Below, in pieces: positions 26,845-40,580 of a DNA stretch of 64,000 nucleotides. Numbering within the stretch: the stretch's first letter is position 1; each line of letters begins with the position of its first letter. Source of the DNA: Anolis carolinensis (lineage: Eukaryota); NCBI RefSeq assembly GCF_035594765.1, contig NC_085841.1, positions 229,059,326 to 229,123,325 on the forward strand, in the 5' to 3' direction. Under the pieces are notes generated by a model that had not been told where the DNA came from, ran no database searches, and saw nothing but the letters and a program-made list of their open reading frames with translations. A program made the translations under genes and the position numbers.

Positions 26845-28791
26845 GAGAAAGCAAAGGTATAAAATTAGAGTCTATACAGATGATGTCGCATGCATTATTG
26901 AAAATCCTTTAGAGAGTGTCCACAATTAGATAGAAAAAGCTTCGGCAGACTAACTGGCTTTAAATTAAATAAGGAAAAGACTAAAATACTAACAAAAATA
27001 TGGATGAAACAATGAGGAAAAAGCTAAAATTACAATCAGGCATGAACATTGAAAAGAAAGTCAAATATTTAGGAATCACACTAACATCAAACAATACTGC
27101 ACTATCAAAAAATAATTATGAATGGGAATGGAATTGTATATGAAAAGACTTAGACAAATGGGAATATTTAAATATATCACTACTAGGCAGAATCCAATAA
27201 TAAAAATGAATGTCCTACCAAAACTTTTATTTTTATTCCAAACTCTTCCAATAATCAGAAATGAACATCTTTTCAAAATATGTAATAAAGACATAAGAAG
27301 ATTCATTTGGAGAAATAAAAAAAACCAAGGGTAAAAATGAAAATATTAATCAATGACAAAAAAGAGGGGTTCTTGGTCTTCCAAATTTAAAAGCATACTT
27401 TGAAGCAAGTAACTTAATTTGGCCCAAAGAATGGACAACTCTAAAACAAAGTCACTTATTAACATTAGAGGGTCATGATTTAAGATCGGGCTGGCTCAAT
27501 TATCTCTGGTACAATGAAAGAAAAATGGAGAAATTTTTTTGTAATCACTACATAACTGCCTCCTTGATAAAAAAACATGGGAATAATACAAAATAAGATT
27601 TTATAACAAGACTCTGATGTGGATTTCCCCAATTGAAGCTAAAAATAAAAGGGAATTAAGTACAGAAAATTGGCTCAAATACAAGCAAATTCTTAAGATA
27701 GAAAACCAAGAGTATACAATCAAAACACATGAAGAAATTATACAAACATATCATCAGATAACTTGGTTCCAATATTTTAAAATAAGACAATGCTACAAAG
27801 AAGATAAGAAAATAGGATTTAAGCAAGAACAAGGACTATGGGAACTAATAATGCAAAAAGAAAAAAATAATTAAATTGTTATATTAACAACTGCTTCAAT
27901 GGACTACGAAGCAGGAACAAGTAAAATACTGCCTAGTTAAATGGGCCAGACATATTGGACACACTATTAATTTGGAACAGTGGGAAGAAATATGGAATAA
28001 AAAACTGAAATACACTGCATCAACAGACATGCGAGAGAAGTGGTATAAAATGCAATTTTGATGGTACTACACTCCAGAAAAGCTGTCAAAATTCTGTAAG
28101 AACACTGCAAACACATGTTGGAAATGTAGAACAAAAGTGGGAACATTCTATCATCAATGGTGGTCATGCAAAAAAAATCAAAAGATACTGGATAAATATA
28201 CATGAGAAAACAAAAGAAGCTTTAAAGAAGAAATTCCAACTAGCACCAGAAATGTACCTATTAGGCATAACAAGCGGAAAGTTTAATAAAAATCAGGGCA
28301 AAATGTTCTTCCATATGAGTACGGCGGTGAGAATGGTACGAGCTAAGGTTTGGAAAGGAAAGGAGGTACCAGCCATAAAAAAATGGCACTTTAAAATGCT
28401 TGATATAATATAAATGGATAGTCTAATCCAAAAAATAAGAGAAGGAAAGAAGAAAATGGACTGGGAAGGGTACAAAGAGGCCATGCGAAAAGATGGAGCA
28501 CCATTTATTATAGACCGCATATATAGACTGCATATAAACCGGATGACAAGACACCAGCAGGAAGCCGAAAACTAATGAAATTAAAGGCAATACAAAACTC
28601 TTGAAAAGAAGATGGGAAGTCAAATTTTATATCTATTTTTTTCTTCTTTCTTTTTTTATTCCCCCCCCCCCCTCTTCTTTATGGTTTCCGCCTGTTCTCT
28701 CTCCCTTCCCCCCCACCCTCTCCTCACCATTCCTGACTACCTTAGAAGTATTGTATAAACCTATGAAAACCTGAATAAAAATTAATTTTAA
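26845..28791 (+). mobile_element. 5'-truncated, frameshifted L1-clade LINE
   Basis: YKIRVYTDDV (RT YADD motif), [19 protein letters not shown] and zinc knuckle CWKCRTKVGTFYHQWWSC. Pyrimidine-rich 3' UTR with AATAAA. TSD aaattcat(t/a)t. Confidence 0.92.
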
Positions 28792-28980
28792 AAATTCATA
28801 TATTCTCCATACATACTTTATACATATTATCTGAAGGTGATTTTATAAACAACATTTTAAATTTATTGGTTATTTATTTATTTACTTCATTTTTACCCCG
28901 CCTTTCTAAACCCTGGAAGGGACTCAAGGCAGCTTACAGATCTGGCAAAAATTCAATGCCACACAAGTAAACAATAAAAC

Positions 28981-31016
28981 TGCTGCTGCTCAGTCATTTA
29001 GTCGTCTCTGACTCTTCGTGACCTCATGGACCAGTCCACGCCAGAGCTCCCTGTCGGCCGTCAGCACCCCCAGTTCCTTCAAGGTCAAGCCAGTCACTTC
29101 AAGGATACCGTCCATCCATCTTGCCCTTGGTCGTCCTCTCTTCCTTTTTCCTTCCATTTTCCCCAGCATCGTGATCTTTTCCAAGCTTTCCTGTCTCCTC
29201 ATGATGTGGCCAAAATACTTCAGCTTTGCCTCTAATATCCTTCCCTCCAGTGAGCAGCCGGGCATTATTTCTTGGAGGATGGACTGGTTGGATCTTCTTG
29301 CGATCCAAGGCACTCTCAGGATTTTCCTCCAGCACCAGAGTTCAAAAGCGTCTATCTTCCTTCGCTCAGCCTTCCTTATGGTCCAGCTCTCGCATCCATA
29401 GGTTACTATGGTGAATTGCATTGCTTTGACTATGCGGACCTTCGTTGCCAGTGTGATGTCTCTGCTCTTCACTATTTTGTCAAGGTTGGCCATTGCTCTC
29501 CTCCCAAGAAGTAAACGTCTTCTGATTTCCTGGCTGCAGTCTGCATCTGCAGTGATCTTCGCACCTAGAAATATAAAGTCTGTCACTGCCTCTATGTTTT
29601 CTCCCTCTATTTGCCAGTTATCAATAGGTGTAGTTGCCATGAACTTGGTTTTCTTGACGTTTAACTGCAACCCAGCTTTTGCACTTTCTTCTTTCACCTT
29701 GGTGATAAGGCTCCTCGGCTCCTCCTCACTTTCGGCCATCAGAGTGGTATCATCTGCATACATAAGGTTGTTAATGTTTCTTCCAGCAATTTTAACTCCG
29801 GCCTTGGATTCCTCAAGCACCGCATGTCGCATGATGTGTTCTGCGTACAAGTTGAATAGGGAGGGTGAAAGTATGCAGCCCTGCCGCACTCCTTTCCCAA
29901 TCTGGAACCAGTCTGTTGTTCCGTGATCTGTTCTTACTGTGGCTACTTGGTCTTTATACAGATTTCTCAGGAGACAGACAAGGTGACTTGGTATCCCCAT
30001 ACCACCAAGAACATGTCAGGGGATGATGGTGTGCAGAGTGGATTCCAAAAATCACCATCCTCATCTCACCTCCTTCTCCAGACTGTATTCCCATGCTGAG
30101 AAACAGCACTGGTCAAACAAACCACTCCAGCAGACGAAGTCCAACTGTTGATTAACTTTATTTACATGTCTATTTACAGTTTGCATTTCTCGGCTACAGA
30201 GCATAACATTCATATTCCATCTTCAGCGAATGCTCAAGCCGAACTCCACAGATAAGATAAACAACATTCCTCAGTCCGGAGGAAGTTCCAACCCTCAAAG
30301 GCAGGAAATCAAGCCTGATAGGTCATAGCAATCACAACAGGCTATCAGTCAAAACTAGCCTGCTGTTAACTATTTCATTACTGAAAAATACACACTCTTC
30401 CTCATCAGCAGTAAACACTTGATTTACATTTCATACAAATACAACCATACTCCAACAGAACATGCCATAGTTTATTATGATCCACACAGTCGAAGGCTTT
30501 AGAATAGTCAATAAAGCAGAAGTAGATGTTTTTCTGAAACTCCCTGGCTTCCTCCATTATCCAGCGGATATTGGCAATTTGGTATTTCGTTCCTCTGCCT
30601 TTTCTAAACCCAGCTTGGACATTTGGCAACTCTCGCTCCATGTATTGCTGGAGTCTGCCTTGCAGGATCTTGAGCATTACCTTACTGGCATGGGAAATAA
30701 GTGCCACTGTACAGAAGTTTGAGCATTCTTTAGCATTTCCCTTTTTTGGTATGGGGATATAAATTGATTTTTTCCAATCTGATGGCCAATCTTGTGTTTT
30801 CCATATTTGCTGGCATATGACATGCATCACCTTGACAGCATCACGTTCCAAGATTTTAAACAGCTGAGCTGGGATCCTGTCATCTCCTGCTGCCTTGTTA
30901 TTAGCAATGCTTCTTAAGGCCCATTCAACTTCACTACTCATGATGTCTGGTTCTAATTCACTCACCACACCATCAAAGCTATCCTCTATATTATTATCCT
31001 TCCTATACAGATCTTC
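28981..31016 (-). mobile_element. 5'-truncated BovB-like RTE LINE (reverse transcriptase region)
   Basis: ORFs 30405..31028 and 28990..30000 (FIDYSKAFD, GVRQGCILSP, YADD, YGCESWT). (GCA)n tail. 10-bp TSD acaataaaac at 28971-28980 and 31017-31026. Confidence 0.96.
30014..30457 (-). mobile_element. Solo LTR (444 bp) inserted in the RTE
   Basis: TGT...ACA termini, 5-bp TSD gaaca (30009-30013 and 30458-30462), and AATAAA on the minus strand. Excision restores DHNKLWHVLGGMGIP. Confidence 0.9.
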
Positions 31017-34000
31017 ACAATAAAACACATCTCATCAAAATATAAACAATATAAATATATAAGCAATTAAAACACATATAAATCATTTAACAGATTAAAA
31101 ACCATATGAAATGCCGAGTCATGATCTCATATCCAAATCCATAGTCCATTATTCAAGCTGTTAACGTCTCATTCCGTAGTTTCCTATTCACCAAATGCCT
31201 GCATAAATAATTTTGTGCCTGAAACAAAGTTTGTGTACACTGAACTATCAGAAAGCAAAACATCACTATCTCAACCACTCACATGGAGCGTTTTAAATGT
31301 TGGAATATTTCGGAATACAGGATGCATAACTTTAACTGTGGTCTCATCTTATGAAATCCTAGAGATTTATGGTGTAGAGTGAGACATTTAGAATTCTCTG
31401 CCAGGTAATTCTTCTGGTGTCTATGATCAAACTACAAACCCCAGGATTCAGTCATGATCATTTAAATGGAATCATAATGCCATAATTAGATCACATGAAA
31501 GGGACCAAGACACAAAGTTCATAACATTTCTACTTGTGTTTCTTTGGGAATATTTGCACCCTCAAGTATATGTACAATTTTCTATCCTTCCTTTACAGAG
31601 CTGTTGCAGCATTTGAACAAAATAGTTGCACTACAAGCCCTTAGCCACAGCAGTGCTATTACGTCCTATTCCTGGCATACTGTTATATGGTTAATGAGCC
31701 GCATTTTGCCCTAAGCTCATGTGTAGTTTGTAAAGCATTCTAACCTGTATGGATCATTTTCCAGGCTGCTGCCATTTGCAGATTCATTTCAACTACCTAT
31801 TCCCGTTTCGTACTTGTACATTTGGTTTGATTGTTTACAGCCCAGTTCCCCAGATTAATCATGATTCAGAATCCTTTCTAAGGCTTTATTTTGACTCCTG
31901 ACAATGAGCATTATGATAACTTCCCAAATGTGAATGTATCAATTGGATCATACACAATGCCACACTTGAAGATGGGGCAGAAGAGAACAGTGGAGCGAGC
32001 AGAATGTTTGAGCCTAGTAAAAGTTTGTTTGTTTTTTTAAAGTGCCCTTCACTCTATAGGCTTCTTTAACATGCTTGTCCTTAACACTGTTTATCTGGCA
32101 TGATAGCAGACAGCTGGTGGAACAAATAGGAGATCCTGGGAAGAGCATTCATTTTTAAAGTGTTAATACAGCAATCCAAAACACAGTAATGTGCTTCCAT
32201 CCGTTAAGCTTCTCTTCAAATGTTTTGGATTGGAGGACCATAATTTAAATGAAATGCAACCGCCAACCTGGAAGGTATAAACGTTTAAATGATTTCCTCA
32301 TCAAGAGATATAAAAGGTAAGCCTATCCAATAAGTGTCCATTTTCCAAACCAGAAATCCTGAACAAGAGGCTCCCTAATTCAGAATAAAATAAATTACCA
32401 TAATCTAACCCCATTTCTACTATCCTTTGCTTCCTCTTTCTTTCTCTCTCACACATAAACACATACATACAAACACAATACATTACTTCCAAATTACTAG
32501 GAAGCTAGCATCTGGATTAGTTATAAATAGCTAGAGGAGGAGGATGGAGAGAGACTCCTCCGCATATAATACAATTGATATTCTGTTTTTCTGGTTGGAA
32601 ACTTACAGCTAATATAGCACTTGTTTTAATAATGACAAACTGGAAGTGGGAAAAATACAATGGTAGCAAAGAAAGCCATACACACACACAAACAACTATA
32701 TGTGGCTAAAATGTCATGCAGGGATTTATACAGGATCACTGCAAATATATGACACAGTTCTTCCAGTTCAACTTCATGCCATTCTGACATGGCTAAACAG
32801 TATTGAAGAAATAAATAAATTCTAGCAGGCTCTACATTCACTTTGGAAGACTTGTTTATTTTCATACAGGTTATAATAATCATGTTGATCCCATGTCCAA
32901 AATGGAAATGAAAGATAGATGTCAATTGGGTATATTTTTTAAGACATAATGTCTGTCTTAAAATAATGAAAGTGAAGTTGTCCAAGTGGGAATCTGTGAA
33001 ATAAATGTACCATAAGAATCACATAAACCTTGACCTTGAGTGATTAGGCATCATGGGGGAAACATATGTATTTTATTGTGAGTTGTAAGACCAGGTATTT
33101 AAAAATCTAATCCAAATGTTGCAGAAGCCTCCCCCCTTCCCATTTAGCTAATATAATGAATGACTAACTGGAGCTGGAATGTCAATCAGCCCCATCAGAA
33201 TACCATATATGGTTCTTCATTTTTTTCCTGTATTTGTGTGGAAAATATTCATTTCCCTTTGAATTTTAGGAAATAAAGACAAAAATGTTATTTGAATTTT
33301 AGCCAATAAATGTGTATCTTTGAAAATATGCCCTTAGAAATGTGTTTATTAAAATGTGTACAGTAGGCCCTTGGTACCCAGGCCTTCTCATAGATATTGA
33401 AATTTGTGGATGTTCAAGTTCCATTGTGTAATTAAATGATGTCTCTTAAATAAAATGGCAACATCAAGGTTTTCTTTTTGGAATTTTGTTTCAAATATTT
33501 TCAAGTCATGGAAGTTTGAATCTGTGGATATAGAGTCAATGGATATGTAGGGATGAAGAAACATGCATAAACGCATTGAGAAACTTGCATACTGACATAC
33601 ATACATTTGCCATCCCACCACCGAAATAAGAGACCAGACAACAGTGTGGATTTAACTATGGGCAACTTTTATTTCACATTACCTGAATTAATTTTATGTC
33701 ACTTGCAACATGTAACTACAGGGGCATGAAACTGGTGTGAATTTATTACACGTTGCAAGTCACATAAAGTTAATTCAGGTAACGCGAAATAAAAGCCCTC
33801 CATGAACTACCCCTAGGCTAAGTTGGGCGAAACACCTGGGTCTCCAGGTTGACCCGTCAGGAAAACATATGGAGAATTTTGCCTCAAGTCCAAAGGATTT
33901 TACGGACCAGAACTCTCCCTGTTTCAAGGCCATTTCTGTTCGCCCTCACCCAGGTTACGTAAACACAGGTGAGGGTTTCCATTCCTGGCCTATACCACTA

Positions 34001-37000
34001 AGGGGTGCCTTAGGTGTGCACCAAACCTAAACCTATGACTGCTTTCGGTGGGATGGCATATTTAAAGATCCCCAAACTAACAATTTGCCCTTATAAACAG
34101 TATAGGGTACGCGAAAAAACTCCTAGAACACAGAGAGGAAAAAAATCCTACCCGGCTCCAATAGGTGACCAATATATTGTATGTTAATGAGCAGGAGGGA
34201 AGGGTGGGTCAAAGAAAAACTCCAAGTGAGTTGGTGGGGGCAAGTTGCTACCTAAGTGAGAACTATTTTCAACATGGCTGACCTCCCTTCTGTGAGGGTG
34301 GCAATCAAAGTCTGTACAAAAAAAGTTTTAATCACATGATATAATAACACTTCCAGAACTGAGTCCTTCACATGACGCAGGGCTACTTCTGGCTGGAAGT
34401 GTCCTAGGATGGAACCCTGGGAACATAGGTGGCTACCCATGTGCTCATTGCTTACAAGGGGGACAGTGCAAGGGAGAGCCGGGTGGGAATGCTTTCCCCT
34501 GTGTGATGGGGAAGGTGCGATGTAGGGTGCGGGATGACAGTTTCCCCCACTGCCCCACAGATTCGCCATGCTATCTATTGAATTCCGTCACTGTTACCCG
34601 CGTTAGGGACCTTATTGTGATGAGGTTCCTAGATAAAGAATTTTTACATAACAAAAGGGAGTGATTGGTTCCAATTCCCTAAGTGAGTGTCAAAGCTGAG
34701 CAAGGGACCAACTTGGCTCTCCCAGTTCATACTGGGTTTGCAGAATGACTTAAATAAAAATATGGGTTATTGCTTGAAGGGCATTAGGAGCTAGGTTTAT
34801 TTATTTATTTCCATCATTTCTATCCCACCTTTCTCACCCGAGGGAATTCAAGGCATCTAGATACCCACAAAGGTGAGGCAGAGGTAAGCAGAAGAGGGAT
34901 AACATACAGTGAAATGAAGCAAAAGCAAATACTGTGCATGCATATACAACTGCTTCAGTTCTTCATGATGTAAAAGAATTTATATTTGTGCTCTTTGAAG
35001 ATGATACAGTTTTCCAAACTACTTGTACAGGGTCATATAAAAATGGCATATATCTTAAGTTTAGAAAGCATAAAGGTTGTTTGCTGAAAACATAAAAACC
35101 ATTTCCAAATGTCCCTTTGCAAGAGCACAGCTGTAACTAAATAATTTTAATAGACACTTAAGCCTGTAACAATGTACAAAAGTAGCTCCAACAACTGATT
35201 AATATTTTAATTCAGTGGACCCAAAGACTGTTTGCAACATCCTTTATATAGTTTGCTATGCACATTTCACCAATATTGAGTTCATTTTATTAACCAAAAT
35301 ATACAGTTCTCTCCTTCACAACAAAGATAAAAATGTTTATAGAGAATGCATTTATGGGTCCTTTATTTTTTTGAACTTAAGTCGTTCAATGCAGTTTTGA
35401 ACAAGTCTAAAGAGATTTTAAGGCAGGCAGTTTGTATTATATCATTCCCTTGGGTTATATGTATGATCGTCTTTACTAAAGCTTCTTTCGCTCCCAGTTG
35501 AATAAATATGCATTTTATTTCACTAATCTTGAAACAACAGGAATAAAGTTTACCCAGGTCTTTTATACCTCAGAGAACAAAACAAATACTACAAATCTTT
35601 AGAGAGAAAGGATATACAAAAAAGGCTTGAGGTGAATGTTTCAAAGTAAATATTCTTAAATGATGTGCAAATTATTCCAGCACTTGAACACGATTTATGA
35701 AAGGGGATTAAGCAACTGAAACAAGAACCCAGTTTAAACCGTTGGGCTTCAAAGTCAAAGATGAGAGGTGGTTACAACACAGGGAGGAAGAAACCAGATA
35801 GCAATCTATGGTGAAGATTTCTGATTGATATTCTTTAATTTACTCTATTTTGCTTCAGTTATCACTGTCACTCAGACCTAAGCATAGTAAGCAGTGTAAA
35901 ATCATTCTCATTTTGCAGTAATATAAATACACTCATATACAGGCTATGATAATTAAATAATAATATAATAATAAAAGTTGAATGGTAACTGCTTAGCTTT
36001 ATATACTAAAGTGAACAAAAGAATGTGAAGGCAAGAATGAACTTGAACTATTAATCCTGCCAAAGAGTTGTAGTTTATTACAAAAACAAGCCATGCTACA
36101 ATCCTTCCCTCAAGACCCCCTTTTGATTTAATAGATACCTCTTGTCTTCCTAACTTCAACAAGTATGTGTAAGACATCATCAAGAAGTTGGGAAATAGAA
36201 GATCTCCATGCACTTTCCATACCCCAGTTGCATTCTCATTCAACAATATGGTATACCATACATTATGCTATACTCACTCATCTGTTTTAGGGCAAATTTA
36301 CACTGACACATATTTGGGGTTGATCTCTACTGGATGCTAAATCAACCCTGGGTAGTGTCTCCACAGGGCTCCCCCCAGACTCTGTGATGCGAGAGAGAGT
36401 TCCCACTGCCCTATGTGGTTTGGTGCTTCTGGGTAGCTATCCTATCTGTTCCCTCACCTCCCATTTTGCAGTGATCTCCAGCTGCAACACTGGTCCTTTC
36501 TGTTCTCTGTCGCTTCCCATGATATTGGCCAAGGCAATGGGAAGATGTGGCACTGAGGAAGGGGAAAGGTGGGAGAGAAGAAATCCGCTCTTCTTCTTCT
36601 CTCTTCCCAATACTCCTAATTATCCTGGCTGATATCAGGGCAAGTGATGGATAACAGGCTGTACTCATGTCACAGCCAGAGACCACCACAACATGGGATG
36701 GATGCTATCCATGTCTCCGGACCACCTGAGCAAGGGGAAAGCAGGATGGCAATAGAAACAGTTGTGGCCAGGGTGATGGCCCCAGACAGCTATTATAATG
36801 TTGTTATTATTAATGAGTGCATAAAAAACTAAATGCTAAACTAAAACTAAATATACATGTATATTTTAAAACTTCAAGTACTTGTATATCTGCACCAAAG
36901 AGATACCTGTGGAAACTGAGAACCTCTTCTTAGAAATGTTTACTTCTTTAAGATGGTCGCCTCTGTGATCTAGCCTGTTCTATGCTGTACAAGAAATGGT

Positions 37001-37329
37001 TGTGATGAGGCACATAATGTATTGCTTCACTTCCTAGCTACAGAAGAAGCTACTATTTCAGGCAATCATGGAACTATTTCTTTCCTAGAGTGGATTAAAC
37101 AAAGGACCAAAACAATTAAATTAGACAGCATTCACAAATGTAGCTAATTTGCACTTTACACTGCAAAACACAACTCCAAAATTTAAACATTTGCTAGGTG
37201 TGAGAAATATGTTGGAGATATATTGTACACATTAAATAATACAAATTTTAAAAATGAAAATAGGTAATAATGCATGCAATTTGAATGTAAATCACATGCT
37301 TTATTAGTTATTCTCATTTTCAAAAACTA

Positions 37330-37552
37330 TAGACCTAAATACCTTAAAGGCATCAGATCCTGTCTGATCTTGGAAACTTAGCAAGGACAACTCTGGTTAG
37401 TATTTGGATGAGAGCCTGCCAGTGAATTCCAAGGGCTATAGGCTATATTTCAGAAGAAATAACTGTGAAACCAGCTCCAAGTATTCCTTGCCCTTAAGAA
37501 ATGTATGCCCTGGAATCATTTTAAGTTGATAGGCAACTTGAAGGTACACATA
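37330..37552 (+). mobile_element. 5S rRNA-derived SINE (5S-Sauria-like), degraded
   Basis: gatcctgtctgatcttggaaacttagcaagg...ctggttagtatttggatgagagc...ctataggct aligns to 5S rRNA. Followed by a tail ending acttgaaggtacaca. Confidence 0.8.
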
Positions 37553-40218
37553 AAAAGCCATACACATAAACAACCCCTATATGAAATGCCTTGTGCTGCT
37601 ATGCTACATTTTGTTCATAAAGATGCATAAACTCCCTCACTTTTGTATGAATGGCAAAAACAGAAAATACAACAACAAAGTACAAGGATATCTATATAGA
37701 TAATTGTAAATTGTATACATATTTGTACTGCAAAATTAAAATTATATACAATTCTAAAACTGTAAAAAAAACCTATAAAGATTTATTGAAATCCAAAATA
37801 ATAACTTTATTTTGTTAACCTGGTGAACTGAAGTTGTAAAAGCAAAAACAGAATAAAACTAATAATGCAAGGAATAGTGTTATTAACAATAGTATATCAA
37901 TTAAATACATATCTCTCTAAAACAAATGGGTAAGGAAGAAGATATCATTCATTAATTCTCAGGAAAATAATAAAATTTGGGAAGGTGAGTTGCTATGTGG
38001 TCTAAGCCAATTTTGAAAGCTTAAAGGCAATGACATATCGCATGAAGAAATGTTAGTATCTGAAGAATATAAGTCACTTCTATGCTTTTTCTCTTCATCT
38101 GTTTCCCTTCCAATGGGCCATTTTAAGAACTACTCTTTACCCTAGACAACAGGCAACTTGAAAGCATATAAACACACAGATTTACATTTGAGGTAACTAA
38201 TTATTGTTTCAATACATAAGCAAACAATTGTTCTCCATTATGTTCATTCTTGCCACATTTGGAATAAAAATAGAATTCCGGGAACTTTCAAGGAACACTT
38301 AAAATATTAATAAGAGACAGGATGAACTCTGTAAACATGAGGCCATAAGGAAATGATGGAGAACAGGTTGGAAATATAATGCTTTTGGAATGCACTTCAT
38401 TACCAAGCCTGTGACTGTGCATTTTGACAAGAATGGCTCTCAGATTAATACAGTAGCCAAAGGGCACTCTGCCTACTGGGAAGCCATTTGTTTGCGTTTG
38501 GAAAAAAAAGGAGTCTATGTTTGGGAGTGTGGGATATATCTCTATCCTATTCTCAATATAGAGAATGCATATAGTCTGAGGCTGGATTGTATAATGCCAT
38601 GTAACTGCATGATATGGTCAGTGTAGACCCTTATTATGCTGTCCCGTGTATATCAAAGTGCATTATATGGGTCTCCACTGACAATATAATGCAGTTATAT
38701 GGCATTATGCAGCAGTGCAGATCCAGCTTCAGTTTCTTTAACCTACCACTGCTGAGAAAAGGATAACAATAACAACAATTTACATTTGAAAAGTGACATT
38801 ACTTAGAACACTTTATCCAGTGATACCTCACTGATGCCTAGATTCTTAGATAGTATCTGAATCATTGATAGTCTAAAACTCCATTCATTAACATCATAGT
38901 AAAACTAGGGTAATAACAATAATTGTAATTTTGGTTTTCTTATTTCGTCATGTTGATCCATCGGTCTATGCAATGCTTAGAAATGTAAATGTGTTTTGCT
39001 TTCAAAGAAGGAAAGGCGTAAAATTCAATTCCACTGAAGTTAGTAAGAATAATTTTTTTAAAAAGTGTTGGGTGAATCTTCTGGCTCAATGCACAGTTAG
39101 TACAACACAGAGTAACTAGAAGACCATCTACTTGGTATTAACATTATTCTGATTATAAATGGGACATTTCTAACTGGAGCTACAGCACTCCCTGCTGCCT
39201 GTCCCCCACATGACAGAGGGCTTCTTCACTTTCTCAGAAACCCAAAGCCTCATAGTTTGAGCTTTGGTGGATCCTGAACAGGACTCAAGAAATGTATTGC
39301 ATCCCCAACTGTCCCTTTTCTCTCTTTGTCTCTCTTTGCATACGTGCACATTCCACTTAGACCCATCTCACTTCTAAGAACTGCTTTTACATTATAGTAT
39401 AAAATTAAAAGTCAATTCTTGAGACCAAATTGTTCATTCTCATATGAAACTTTTTACTATCATTATGCTGCAGGATCTCTGTTAAATTAGATTCTCTGAA
39501 AAGGCCCAATGACTGATAAATTATCACTGTGCATTTGATGTTTTTGAGAAGAAACCACAATCTATTTTGTTGAAAGTGTAATGGTTGCTGAATACCACTA
39601 AATACTAGTAAACTGATTGTACCCTTAAAGAAATAGTAATAACATAAAAAGTCTGAAGGAAAAGACAGTATAATTGAAGTTACAGTAAAATAATGATCGT
39701 TTGGTAAGTTGACCTCCTTTTGAAAGACACGGTGTTCATACAATCATGCTCAAAATATCATGCCATTTAATATCACTAACTTTTGATTTAAAGAAAAAAT
39801 TATAGGAGATGAAGGAAAGGATCAGTATTGGAAATGAGGCATTCAGGCAAGTGGGAATTAACACTTCCATTTCCTAAAAGCTGCTATTTACCCTGGAAAG
39901 AATATGATTATTGGGAACATTAAGGCCTTCCTTGCCTGGGTAAAAATGCTCTTTAAAAAAGGTGGGGTGGTATGTTCTTTGGTACCATGGTGGTGGTAAG
40001 GAGACAGCTTCAAATCATACTTTCTAAGGATGGTTAGCATAAAACAAAACAAAATGTTAATTGCAATCATGCATTTAACACCATCTGCAATGTTATCTGA
40101 GAAATAATGCAACTAAAGCACACTACAGTTTTGCATCCATAAACTAAGTGACTACTGGCATGTATACTAAACACAGGAGACATATAGGTTCAACCTAAGT
40201 CAGCCAATAGCCTTGTTT

Positions 40219-40458
40219 AGGGCCTCATCACAAAGGCCAGATGAAGGGGAGGGACAGCAGGGAAAGCATCACCCTCCTGGTGATGCCAGCCTCCCATCTT
40301 GTGGGGAAAGTTATCTACCATCGCTTTCACCCCGGTTGGGGGTGGGGCCTTTGCTGGAAGTTATACGACGTTGTGTGATGGCTGATGTGGAGTTCCATCT
40401 GTTAGATTGGGTGAAAGCATCCTAGGATGCTAAATTTCCCCTGTCTGATGAGGTCCAT
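40219..40458. mobile_element. Harbinger-like MITE
   Basis: Imperfect TIR gggcctcatcaca / tctgatgaggtcc. Confidence 0.55.
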
Positions 40459-40580
40459 AGATATAGAGGTGTAGAAGAAAGTTGAATGGAAGTTACTATA
40501 TATCCTATCATTTTTCCAATTTTAATGGCTCAAGGGAAAATCTACATCTACATAGAGTGCCATTAATCAATAGTCTGATT

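Larger units (their letters stand above)
28863..31203 (-). mobile_element. L2 3' end fragment interrupted by the RTE (pieces 28863-28980 and 31017-31203)
   Basis: (TTTA)n then accccgcctttct...gggactcaaggcagcttaca L2 tail. taaat is present at both outer junctions. Confidence 0.65.
26720..31332. mobile_element. Tigger4/Zombi-like MITE split into three pieces (26720-26844, 28792-28862, 31204-31332) by later insertions
   Basis: The pieces join into one colinear sequence: gaaatgcttgggacc...gaaattcat...ctgaaggtgattttat...taaataattttgtgcctgaaacaaagtttgtgtacactgaactatcagaaagc...cggaatacaggatgc. Confidence 0.75.

Noticed and set aside
28990-31028. Long RT ORFs as a host gene or retron-like system
   Set aside because: 5'-truncated BovB-like LINE with tail and TSD. 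The overlapping plus-strand ORFs are antisense shadows.
37330-37445. Functional 5S rRNA gene
   Set aside because: Heavily diverged from 5S and fused to a SINE tail.
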